From assembly GCF_009914755.1 (NCBI RefSeq), contig NC_060936.1: a stretch of DNA of 64,000 bases; one strand, written 5' to 3'. The notes under the pieces were generated by a model, which was not told where the DNA came from, did no database searches, and saw only the letters and a program-made list of their open reading frames with translations. Positions 12,898 to 25,000 of the stretch are shown here, piece by piece. This stretch comes from the human T2T-CHM13v2.0 reference genome, Homo sapiens. Numbering within the stretch: the first letter of the stretch is position 1; every line of letters begins with the position of its first letter. A program made the position numbers and the translations under genes.

Positions 12898-13002
12898 TGA
12901 CGTCAAACCTTAGCCTCTGATGTCACTGGGGTTGCCGTGGCAACACCACTTGCCTTGACCCAAGGCCGGAGGGGGCGGGGTCGTGGTAACAAGGGGCGGG
13001 GC
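12898..13002. promoter_or_regulatory. Intronic CRE / RFX / GC-box module
   Basis: TGACGTCA 12898-12905; TGATGTCA 12918-12925; GTTGCCGTGGCAAC 12931-12944; GGGGCGGGG 12972-12980; X-box-like GGGGTCGTGGTAAC 12977-12990; GGGGCGGGGC 12993-13002. Confidence 0.7.
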
Positions 13003-15879
13003 TGGATGCCTTTGGGTAGTGGAGGGGTGAAGGCGGACTCCCCCCACCCCTACCATTGCAGTCCTCTGACCTAAATCCTTAGCGCCCCATAAGGTGGGGG
13101 AGGGAGGCAGTGCCAGCTGTCCCTGTTGATGCTCCTCCCCGCAAGGACAGGTGTTCAGAGCTTTGCCCATGTAGCCTGGCCTGTGCCTCGGGGCTCAGGC
13201 CTCCCAGACAGAGCAACTTTCTGTTTTGAAAAGAGATGCTATAGAAGAGACCTCCCTGAACCCCACCATGTACCCAGCTGGCAGGCTGAAGTTCCCAGGG
13301 TCCCCAGAGAGATGTGGGCCTCCGGCCCTCCAATAGGCTACTTCTGCTGGGGAAAATGTGGGTGCCCCTCCCCCAGCCAAGGAAGGTGCAGAGGAGCTGC
13401 TGCCTGCTGCACCCCTAGTCCAGGGGCTCCCCATGCTGTTCTACCCCAAGGTCAGGGGCCTTGGCCAACCTGGAACTCCTGATTGCCCCCTGCTCCTTCT
13501 GGTGTTTAAGAGGATTTCAACGAGCATATTGTGAGGCTGCTTAAGTGAATGGCGGGCAAGTGAGGCCCATCAGTGCCAAGGTCTGAATAAACTGTGTCTC
13601 TGTCAGGGCACCCCCAACCAACACACACCCCAGTACTGGCACGCTTCCCTGCAAAGGCCCAGAGAACCCCCAGCAAGCATCCTGCTGCTGGCTCTGGGAT
13701 TCGTCTAGGTCCCTTCCAGCAATTATTGCCAGTGTCGGGTGCTGGTGAAACTGCTGTGATCACATTTCTAGGAAAAGGTTCGAAAACTGTCATTGCCTCA
13801 GCAGCGTGGGGCGGGGTAAGAGCAGAGAAAGTGTGTGTTCGGGTCATTAGGAGAAGCCAGGCCCCAGTCTATGCAGCGAGCATTTTCCCTGCTCTTCTAC
13901 CAAGCTCTCTAGCTAGATTAACAGGTCAATAAATATCGGTGGAGCTGCTTTTGGGGGCTTGGCAGGGAGATGGTATTTCCAGCTGAAATGGTGTCGTTAA
14001 ACACACAAGCTTCCAAGGACAGAGGAGCAACAGCAGATTGGGGGAGAGCCGGGAGAGGTGGGCAGAAGGGCTGTTTGCGCTGCCTCTCGAAGCTTCCCAG
14101 TTTAGAAACAAACTCGGAGTGCGCGCCAGAGATTCACAAACACAGGCAGTTGGAGGCCCTCTGCCGAGTATTTACACTTCCACAGCCAAGGCAGAGGGAA
14201 AGGCTGTCAGAATTGGGCAATTCCTTCTGTTCCCTTCCCTCATCTCCCTGGGCTTGGCACTCAGCGTGCCAGACGATGAGCAGGAGGGAGTGCCAGCTTT
14301 CTCAGCATCTCCCTATATGCCAGGCGTTTTACATGATCTCAGTTACTCCTTGGAGTGGCTCATACGCTGTGGCCCATTTTATAGCTAATGAAACTGAGGC
14401 TTAAACAGAGGAAGTGATGGGCTACAGGTGATCAGCCAGGCAGCTGCAGAGGTTCGGTCCTGAATTGCCCTCCTGGCTCCAGAGTCCTTGTGTCTTACCA
14501 CCTCCTCCCATGGGGTTTGGGGGACACTCCTACTTATTGGACAGGGGTCCCTGCAGGCATCAGAGGCTATCAGCCATGGAGGGGGAGTCTGGCCCCACCA
14601 AGATGCTTTGTCCACACCAAAAGGCAGATTTGAATCCTCTCTTCCTATGACCTACAGGTCAGCGTTGAGTAGATTAACAACTTCCGCCCGGCCTTGTGGT
14701 CTGTCTGGTCCCCTCACCCCCAGGACTCCTTTCTCCAGCACTAGGGGAAAGAAGGTGTAGCTTGAAACTCGCTCCTTGTCACCTGCCCTTCTGGGCTTGC
14801 TTGGAGGGAGGCGGTGAAGCTGCCCCTGGCCGCCCCAGGGACCTTCTTGGGATGTAGATGGAGCAAGGGCAAACTAGTAGATGAGGTTCCTGACCCAGCC
14901 TGAGGGTCAAAAAGCCCTAGAGGAGAGGTGGCACATGAGTCATGAAGAGGACAAATAGGAATGTGCCAGACAGGAGTGAGAAGACTGTTCTGGGTGGCCG
15001 GAGTGGCCCTGGAGCAGCCAGTGATGTGTGTGGGCCCTCGTGCCTGATGGGGAAAGGGGCAGCCGTGAGTGGCTGTGTCCTGGAGCCTTAGGTGGATAGG
15101 GAAGGTTTAAGCAGGGCAGAGGATCCATTGATCTCCTTTGACAAGGACAGTAACCCTGGACATCTCTTCCCGTAAGCGTGGAAGTGGCCACCTCGGTTCT
15201 GGGGGCAGTCTCCTCTCTCAAGGTTGGCCCCACCCCCACTAATCCTTCTCACTTATCTAATTCCTGTAAGCTCGTCCATCCCCTGTCCCTTCTGAGCCTT
15301 AGGGCTGCTCTGGACTAAACTGGGACTGGGCTGGACTGCTGAACCCCCTTGATGAGAAACTTGAGGCGCCCTGGTGATGGGCAGTGGCTCCTGATTAGGT
15401 GCCAGGCTCTGGCGTGGGTTGGGCCTGGATCGTACTCTCAGCCCGCCGCTTGCAGGCTGTGTGACCTCGGGTGAGTACCTTTGCCTCTCTGAGCCCCAGT
15501 TTACTCATCTGTGAGAAGGACCATAGCACTCACTGTGCAGGGTCTGGTGAGGATTCAGGGAGGGCCTAGCACAGCACACAGTATACAGTAAGCACTCAAA
15601 CGCATGTTGTCATGGCTACTGTTACCTCCTCCTCAGAACGGAGCCTTGAATGACTCAGTCCCTTGGAGCCAAAGGTTGAAGACCCCATTTGCAGGGAGAG
15701 GCCCGAACTCTACCAGCTATCTCTGCCAGGGGCTTCTCTGTCCACTGAGGCCCCCACCCACCCACCCACATGGTGAGCACCGGTGGCTCTTTTCTGAGCT
15801 TCTGCGGGGGCTGGGACTTGGCCGGGGGTCCCTCCCCAACCTCCCTCCAGCCCCCTCTGCCTTCCCATCCCTCACAAAC

Positions 15880-16295
15880 CGGAGGAAGGCAGCGAAGCAG
15901 CTCATATTCATGAACCGTAATTCAATCAGGCGGCGATTCCTCTGGGCTCGGGGCGGGGGTGAGAACGAGGAGGCGCGCACAAAAGGGCCGCTTTATTACC
16001 TCCCGCGGGCCGGGAATTGCTGCTCTCTCCCAGCAGCGGCCGGAGCCGCTTTATTGTGTTAACCCATTTGCGTGTCAAGAGCTATTGGGCGCTTTCTCTG
16101 CCTGTGCGTTGCGGGCCGCGGGAGGAGGGCTGCGGTGCCGGCCGGTCACCTCCGCGGGCGCCGCCCGCCGCCCTGATTGGTTGCTAAGTGATTTGCATCC
16201 AAGGTAATCACTTTTATCTCAGAAGGATGTCGACTATAATTATAAGCTACTGACATCTTTTGAAATCTGCCTAATGACTATTTTAGTCTGCACGG
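15880..16295. promoter_or_regulatory. Small CpG-rich intronic element with CCAAT, RFX half-site, octamer and TATA-like palindrome
   Basis: Local CpG retention; CTGATTGG 16173-16180; GTTGCTAAG 16180-16188; ATTTGCAT 16191-16198; TATAATTATA 16235-16244. Confidence 0.6.
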
Positions 16296-18852
16296 GCTGG
16301 GTGTAGGGAGGGAGATTCTGGAAAGGGTGGAGGCTGGGAAGAGGGATGGATTCCTTCCACCTGGACCCCTGATTGCTTAGTTGAGAAATATCTGAGTACC
16401 TACTGCATGCATCAAACAAAAGATGGGGTCTCTGTGATGGGGGGCTTGCATCCCTGTGGGCAGAGTTAGTGCCACTTCAGAGATGGGGAAACGGAGACCC
16501 TGGGGAAGGGGCGACCTGCCCAGACCACACAGCCAATGTGCAGCCACCATCTGGGTCTCTCTGACCCCAAATTCATGCCCTGACCACTCCAGTGGTCACA
16601 GTCAGGAATCATGTAATCATGCCTGGATACAGGTCACCAGACTAGTACCTTCCAGAGTTTACGTCATAACCCTAAGAAATGCACATGCTGGTACCACCCC
16701 CATTTTGCTGAGAAGCAGGGGCCCAGAGAAGGTATTATACTTTGCTGCCCGAGGTCACACAGCCAGGGAGTGGCAGAAGTATGAGGTTCATTGGCAGCCA
16801 GAGATGGGAAGGCAGAGGCGGGGTTCCAGCTTCCCACTCCTCTTCCCACCCACTCGTGGTTCCATTCGGTAAAACCAGGCTTTAGGTAAAGACTGAGCAA
16901 GGACACCCTGTCGCCCGTGTCCCAGTGGTCAAGTGATAAGAAATCAGATGGCCCACAGCCTCTAGAGGGAGTAAGATGAGTCTGCAGTTAACTGGAATTC
17001 TAGACAGGGCTGGAGCAGGGCTGGAGGAGGGAAAACCTGCAGCTGGTCCTGGAGGGCTTCCTGACAAAGCGGGCTGTGCTCTGTGCCCTGAGGACTGAGT
17101 GGCTCTCCCCAGCATGGAGTAAATGGGGGTGTCTCTGGCAGAGGGAGTTTGGAGACCCGGGAGCATGACCAGGAAGGGCAGGGGGAGCTTATAAGATGGT
17201 GGAGGTGAAAGGGAGATTAGGAGGGTGTGCAGGGGGCATCGGGTGCTGAGCTAAGGGTGCTGTGAGGCCCTGAGGAAGAGGGAAGCCAGTGAAAGCATCT
17301 GAGAGGCAGGGGCCAGCTAAGATCCCAGTGCCTTAGAGGCCAACAGAGAGCTTGGGAGTCGCAGACCTGGGCTGAAACCCGGTGAGAGAGAGCACCTGCA
17401 CTCTCACTGGCTGTGTCCTCAGAGAAATTATTTTACCCCTCTGTGCCTCAGTTTCCTCTTGTTCAGGAGAGTCTCAACAGCTTTCTCATGGGCTTGTGGG
17501 TGGGGTGAGCTTGCATGTGCATAGTGCTTGCAGGGGGCTTAGCTGAGCCCCTCAGAGCTGGGTGGGCTGGGCTTGAATACAGGCCTGGGCCAGTCCTGGC
17601 CCCACAGCAAGCCAGCATCCCAGCCGCAGCAGCTGTTTGGGGCCCTGGGGGCCCCTGCTATTGTGCAGAGGGCACAGGGGACAAAGGCCTGGGAGGTCAG
17701 GGGGTGAGGCCGAGACTAGCTGTGAACAGGCTCCCGGGGATGGGGACTTAATGACGCAGAACTTAATGACCCAGAGTCTGTGGGGAGGGGGGCCTCCCTT
17801 GGAGGAGGAGGGAGGTCCAGCCACCAGCTGTCTGCTCCAGGATTCGCTGCCAGGGCACGGGCAGCTGCCTCACAGAGTCCAGGCCTGAGCTTGGCACTGG
17901 GGGAGGCAGAGGTGGCAGGGCCTCCTGGCATGAAATCCCCAGGCCTGAATGCAGGGCTTGGCCCTGCCCCTCGGCATCTGCAGATCTCCGTCTCTTCATC
18001 TGTGATGGGCCAAGGGACCACCTTAGAGGGCAGCTGTGAGGTTTGGCAGTAACCGATAGCCAATGGGCAGTAAACAGGAACTGCTATTTTTGCTCTTTAT
18101 CCATCCGTTCATTCAGAGAGCTTCCCTGCTCCAGGCCAGGCTCCCTGCCAGATGCTGGGGACATGAAGATGAACAAGCCCCAGTTGCCTTGAAAGGTGGT
18201 GTGTACCTACCGAGGGAGAGGCCTCGAGTGCACCCCCTCAGCCACCCAACAAGTGCATGTGGGTTAATTGCCACAATGGAGGAATTCACAGTATGTGGGC
18301 ACTGTGCCAGGGGCAGGGGGGCACAGCAGTGAACAAGCCAGACGTGGGCCCTGCCCTGGGCCACCACCAGTCTCTCAAAGGAAATCAGAGGTGGAAACAA
18401 TTACTTCTGGCTGGAGTAGCCAGGGAGGGCTCCCTGGAGGAGGTGGCACTTGTAATTGAATACTTTTGCCTATTATGAGAATCACAGGACACTGGTATCT
18501 GCTGTGTGCCAGACTGAGTTTCCTACTTTGGCATTTTGTTCTCTCATTTAATCCTCATATCCCTCTCTGAAGGGTGTTTTTATCCCTGTCATGTGAATGA
18601 AGAAACTTAGCCTGATGATGTGAAGCAGCAGCCCTGGGCCACATGGCAGGCCCACAGAACCCCCTTCATTATCCACACAAGCTTTTGCCTCTTCACTGCC
18701 TGTAAGGGTACTGGGCATGGTAGGATCCTCGGGCAGGGGCCGAGGGGACGCTGTTCTGGGCCAGCTGTCTCCTTTATGAGCTTCACGACCTTCAGCAGGT
18801 CACCTTCCCCCACCCCTCCCAACCCAGACTCAGCCGCGTCCTTCATAAATGT

Positions 18853-19041
18853 CAAGGATGGCAAATCTGTGGCAGGCCTGGCTTGCCTTATGCCGCTGTG
18901 CCCTTGGCAGACATTGCCAATCAATTGCTGCCCTCTTTCCCTGCTGAGTTCTTCCCCTGACCTTGGGTTCCTTCCAGGGCTCTGGGCAGGCAGCGCCAAT
19001 CAATCAGCAGGGCCTGTGAGCTGAAACCAGTTGCCTGCCTG
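18853..19041. mobile_element. Old hAT-type non-autonomous DNA transposon (family not assigned); related copies at ~1-190 and ~5638-5760
   Basis: Shared core tggcagacattgc(c/t)aatc...ctttccc...ctgagc; terminal caaggatggcaaat / agttgcctgcctg. Confidence 0.45.
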
Positions 19042-22000
19042 GCCTCAATGAGCTCAGGGTGCCTCTGGCCCGTCTCCATGTGGCTCAGAGGACCAGGGGG
19101 GACAGCGAGGGATTCTAGGGGATCTCTGTGTATCCAGGTTGTTCTTAAGCCACAAAAGCCTTTTAGGTGGGAGGGTCTGTTACCCTCTTCTAACTCCCAC
19201 TTGTGTTCATCCATGCAGATTCCGAGCACTGACAGTCTGGATGATGATAACAGCATGTATTTAGTTCTTCCTGAGAGCTAGGTCCTTCCTGGGCACTCTC
19301 TCGTTCATCATTCTGCAGAACACCTGCAGCAAGCCTCCCTGCACCTCCAGGGAGAATTCTTAACCCATTTTAGAGATGAGGGAACTGAGGCTTGGCTCAG
19401 CTAAGCAGAGTAGGGTCACGCACTTGTTGGGTGGCCGAGCTGGCATTCAGACCCAAGTCTGAAAGTTCACAGCCTGGGACAGGGCTGTAGGTGGCAGGCA
19501 GACAGGGGAGCCCTCCCAGAAAAGATGTCATTTTTTTGGAGGCTTTAAAGGCTGGTGGGCTTCTGACGGGCAGAGCCAGGAAGGGTGAACGTCCGGGTGG
19601 AGGGAACAGCATGAGAGGCAGCTCAGAGGCAGGCAGGTGAGAGTGTTTACTAAGGGAGCAGTGTGTAACCAGATGTGGCTAGAATGTGGAGAGAGAGGAC
19701 TGTGGAAGGAGCCAGGGCTGGCCTGGATGTTTGGACTTTGCTTTCCCATAGTAGGGAGCTCTGGCAGCTCTTTCAGCAGAGTAACAGTGAGGTCCCGTCT
19801 AAGAGTACTTATTCAACAGCTCTGTGAATCCTGGGTGAGGTTGCTTGGGGGGCTACCTTCAGTCTACTAGAAGCTTTGGCCTAGAACAGTGCCTAGTGCA
19901 CAGTAGGTAGACATCCAAGAAGTATTGATTGAATGAATAAATGAATGAAGACTCCCCGGACTAAAATGCTCCTGACCTCCCCAGGGGCCCAGCTGCAAGG
20001 AGGGGAGAGACCAGAGTCCTCCTCTCCAGGCAAAGTTGAACACCAGGCCTGGCAGTGACGGGCAGGAGAAGGGGCCAGGCAGGTACCTGGGACAGGGCTT
20101 CCCCTTCACCACTCCCCTACCCTGCTGCCTGTCCCCAGGACCCCTCCTAGACCTTCCTGCTGGGCTGTCTGCACCTTTCGAGCCACACCTGGCGGGCAGT
20201 GTGGGCCCAGCGCTTGGGGGGATGAAAGATGAAGGTTCGTGACCATTTTTTAACTCAATAAAGGGAGAGACAAGCTGCAGGCTGCAGGCCGGAGATATAA
20301 TTAGTTCACAGCAGTGGCGCTTTCTTGATTTAGCTTCTGAGAGAACAAGACAAGGATGTTATACCCAATTAGCAGTAACATCCAGTCGGAGCCTCAATAG
20401 GTGAGATAACAAGCTATTTTTATGACTTTTCTTTCCCAGCTTGGAGGGAGCGGGTGGGGGGGGGAGGGGGTATCAGGGCCTTATTTCTTTTCATCAGGGA
20501 ACAATTATTAGCGATCTCAGGATTTCCCAAAGCCAAATGATGCATTTGTTAACCCAAACATGCAAGCATCCCAGGGTAGCAGCAGGGGTGGCAAGCTGGC
20601 ATTTTGAGCCCGGGGTGGATGGGAGGGGTGCAGGCCACTAGCCTCTATTCTGGAAGCCCTCTGAAAAGGTTCCCAAATGTGGGCAGCAGAAGCGCAGGCC
20701 CTTGAGATATTCTTAGTATTTGCCTTGATTTCCCTACCTGCGTTCAAAGGGACATAAGGAGGCCAGGCCAGTTTCCCTGGGGATGAGGAAGGAGCCAGTT
20801 TTGGCCCTTGGCAGCCCTTCTTGGCACCACTGTAGATTCTTTCTGCCAACTAGGCCAGAGGTTCTGGCACCTCAGTCTTGAACCTGCCATTGCACTTTGC
20901 CCACCCAACCCCCATTATGGTTCGCCCCACCCAGCCACCCTTCTCCTGTCCTGGGTCCCGGGCCCAGTCCCTGGCAGGGCCAGACTGGTGATTAGCTCCT
21001 TTCTCTCCATCATTAGACCCGCAGTCAGGGCACCCAGCACTGGCCAAGTCCCTACTGGGCAGGGAAGCCCTGCCAAGCCCCACCCCAGCTGCCTGGCTGT
21101 GCTCCCACTCCTGGCGAAGGCTGGGGGATGCCCGGAGAGGGAGCTGGCAGGGCTGCTGTGATGCCGCATCGCATCGGCCTGGGCCCCAAGCCCAGAGCAG
21201 GTTCCTGGGCCTCCGCCCCTCCTCCTGAATCTTGTCCCGCCCTGTCCCACGTCCCATCTTCCTGTCAGTGTGGAGCTCCCCACTCCCGGTTCAGACAACT
21301 GACAAATCCAGCCATGCAAAGTGGGAGTTTAATTGCAAACAGTTTTTACGGATCATGGGCCCATCTGTGCCACCATATGCAAAAGAGAAAAAAAAATCCC
21401 CTTTTTTTTTCTCCCCACCCCACAAACTACAAAAGAAACAATTGCCAAGGTTTTTCTAGCTGGAAGCAAGCACAGAGCTGGGACCCATCCCCGGGGGCTT
21501 CCTGCAGGGTGGTCCTGGCAAGGCCAGATAGGGCAGAGATGAGAGAATTCCAGGGGACCCACCCAGAAGTTGAGATCTGACTGCAGAGAGGCTGTGACAG
21601 CCTCAGCAAACTGCTGGCAGCTCCTGAACCCACTGAGATCTCTCACAGCTCTGGGCCTTGGCACGTGCCATGCCATGGTTCAAGTACCAGGTCCTGGCCT
21701 TTTCCAGCTACCTGGCTGACACTATGCATGGCCTGTGAGACAGGGCTTGGTGTGGAGTGGGCATTGCACAGTGTTCATGGAAACATGTGAAAGAGCCGTG
21801 TCACGGGGCCCCAAGGACGAGGCGCCTTCTGTCCCCTTCCTACCCAAGAAATGCAACTCCAGGAGGCTGGGGCTGACCAGGCCTCACAGACTCCCTTCTT
21901 CCCAGTGGTGCCTCTTGCCCTGGTGCCCAGCCTGGCTCTGCCGATGAATGCCACCCAAGATGTAAAGGACATTGGGCGCCAGCAGCCCACCCTCCTCGGG

Positions 22001-25000
22001 CCCTCAGATGAGGCTTCCCCCGGGGCCTGCGTGAGCTTCTGAGAGGACTCACCTGAAGCAACCTGCCAGGGTTCGATTCTCATGCCACCCCATCCTAGCT
22101 GGGTCACTTCAAACTGTCGGTCCTCCCTCTCTGTGCCTCAGTTTCTTCCTCTGTAAAATGGGAGTGCTGGACGTAAAGTGCTTCTCTGCTTGTCATCTCT
22201 CTTCCCTTGTGAGGTGGGGGTGAGGGTCCTTTGCTTTGTACACTAATGTCTTCCCAAGTTTCTAATTGGAACACCCAATGTTGAATGAATGAATGAACGA
22301 GTGAGTGAAGGAATGCATGAGGGAGGTATTTGGAGGGCTTTCCGGAGAGGAAATGGGACACAGGCACTTGGCTTGCCAGGAATTCAGGATTTTTACTCCC
22401 TTTCTTGTTGGCATCCGGAAACCACCGTGCAATCTATGGGAATGATGAACTCCATTCTACAGGTGGGGGAAACTGAGGCTCAGAGAGATTGAGGGACTCT
22501 CCCAAGGCCATATAGCTGAAAAGAGGCCAGAGCTGGGACTGGAACCCTGGGCTGAGCAACTCCAGCTGGCCAAGTCCCTGCCCCTCAGGTGAGGAGAGTC
22601 CAGCCCAGAGCTGGGAAGGAGCTTGGCCAAGGTTACACAGCAAGAAAATAGCAGCCAGCATTTGTGGGGCACTTCCTACCCCCATTTTACAGATATACTG
22701 TGTGCTGTGCTAGGCCCTCCCTGAATCCTCACCAGACCTTGCGCAGTGAGTGCTATGGTCCTTCTCACAGATGAGTAAACTGAGGCTCAGAGAGGCAAAG
22801 GTACTCACCCGAGGTCACCGAGGTACTCCAGCCTCAGAGCCAGGCCAGCCAAGTCCTGCTTGCTCTTCTCTCTTCTCCCTCTCCCTCCCCCTCCCTCCCC
22901 CTCCCTCCCCTAGGTCTGCACCCTGTGGGTTCCCTATGCGCCTTACCAACTGTGTGTGCCAGCAGCCGGGCCCCGAGCGGGGGTTCCAGTGTCCAAGGCT
23001 AGGCACCTTGCACAGCCCTCTTGCAGCAGGTAGCAGGGGAAAGTGGGACGCAGGAAACATCCCCATTTCCTGGGACCCAGGTGAGACCAGGCCAGGCACC
23101 AGGCAGCCCATTCCCGGCCTGTAGTGATTACCAGCTCCCATTGTAATCATTAAAACTATTAGAAGGAAACGTTTGCTTGAAGCAAATGTCAGGCGCCAAG
23201 TTGTGCTTTGTAAACGCTCACAATTAATGCCAATCAGGCCCGGAAAAAAGCCGGCCCGGAATCCTGTCTGTTTCGTCTCATTTGTCAGCTGGTGCTGCTC
23301 CATGTTGCACATTTTCATACAATTGCTATAAACATAAAAGGGAAACTCCACAGTGTTCCCGGGCGCCCGGATGGTGCGCGCCGGCTTAATTACTTGGTAT
23401 TCTGCTGTTCATTTGGCCGCCCTGAGCTGGTGGGAGAGAGAAAGGGGGACTTTGTGTAGCAGGGCGAGGGTTGCTGGGGGTCAGCCAGGGAGATGGGTCA
23501 GGCTGCTGGCCTGGGCCTCCTGCCCCGTTCTCTGTAGGCTGTGTGACCCACAAGCTAAGCTGGGAAACAAGAAAAAATTGCTAAAAAAAAAAAAAAAAAA
23601 AAAAAGTTGGCAAAACCTTCAAGTAGAAAAGGGATTCAGAGTCCACCAGACTTGGTTTCAAATCCCTGTTCCCTCTCCTAGAATAGCTCATCAGGTTTAT
23701 GGTCCACCTCCTGCATGCCAAGCATGGGGCCTCAGTTTTCCTCATCTGTGAGTTGAGGGTAACAGCCCAGCGGTCAGGATTTCAAGCCTGCTGGGGCCTG
23801 GGGACATCATGGTTTGGTTTTGTTTTCCCATTTGGTTGCTGCACAGACCCTGTGAGGGTGAGCTGCCCCTCTTAGCAGAGTGTGAGGGCCTCAGTCCCAC
23901 AGCAGGAAGTGGTGGAGCCAGGATTTGGCCCCAGATCACTGGCTGCAGAGCCTGTAACCATTGTACCATCCTCCCGCACCCACCCCGGGCAGCCATGGGG
24001 CTGAAAGAAGATGTGATGTCTACAGGTCCCAGCACACAGTAGGTGTTTGGTAAACAGTGGCTGCTGTCTGCCCACTGCCTGGAGATGGTCAGGAGCAGCA
24101 GGGGGGCTCAGGCCTGGCTTGATGGTCAGCACCAACGGGATGTGGACCTTGCCGGGTGGAGGGTGAGAATGGAGTGGTCTAGAAGCAGGTGCTGTTCCCG
24201 CTTCCCTAGGGGCCTGGGTCCGCCTGGCTTCCAGGGTGGGACTTAGGAGGGAGATGCTGAGAACATGCCTGGCCAGGCCCCAGGGGACTCCCGCCAACCC
24301 CCATCCGCCCTTGCCTTGCACCTGGCTCTGAGGTGCTGGGTGTGGTTGTGCACTAGGCCCCATGTTGTCTCACCAGACCTCTGACAGTCCAAAAAGTTGG
24401 GTGTGCTATCGTCATGGTCCCCATTGTACAGATGAGGAAGCAGAGGTCCAAGCTGACCCAAGGTGGCCGGGCTGGGAGGTGGGGATGCTGAAGCCGGCTC
24501 CTGCCCAGGTTCCTCGTTCCCAAGTCTCTTGTGCCCTCCTAGCCCCCTCCCTGTAGAGACTGGACGCGGCCCTGCCACACCTTACACCCCCTCCCCAGGG
24601 CCCTTTTGAGCTCTCCAGCTCTCTGTGGTCGGGGTCTTCTGAGGCCAGGCTGGGACACACTGGCCTTTGTGTGAGCTTGAGCCGGGCCGGGCGGCCAGCA
24701 GAGTGGGGAGAGGGCGGTGCAGCCTGGCCGGCCAGGGACAAATGCTCAGAGCGGGAATAGAGGCCCTTTTGTGTGCCTCTCGGAGGGGGAGGGGGTGCTG
24801 CCAGCTGCCATCCCGTGTGACTGTGGAGGCCTGAGCCCTCCACAGAGGTTTGGCCGACACCTCCAGGGGACTGGCCAGGGAGCCTGTCATCATCAGCTCT
24901 GCCTCCTTCTCTGACTATTTTGTGTCTTGCTCTTGTTTCCTGGGGGTCCTTGGCTGCTAGAGGAGCCAAGGCAGCCATTAACCTGGTTTGCTGTGGGCCT

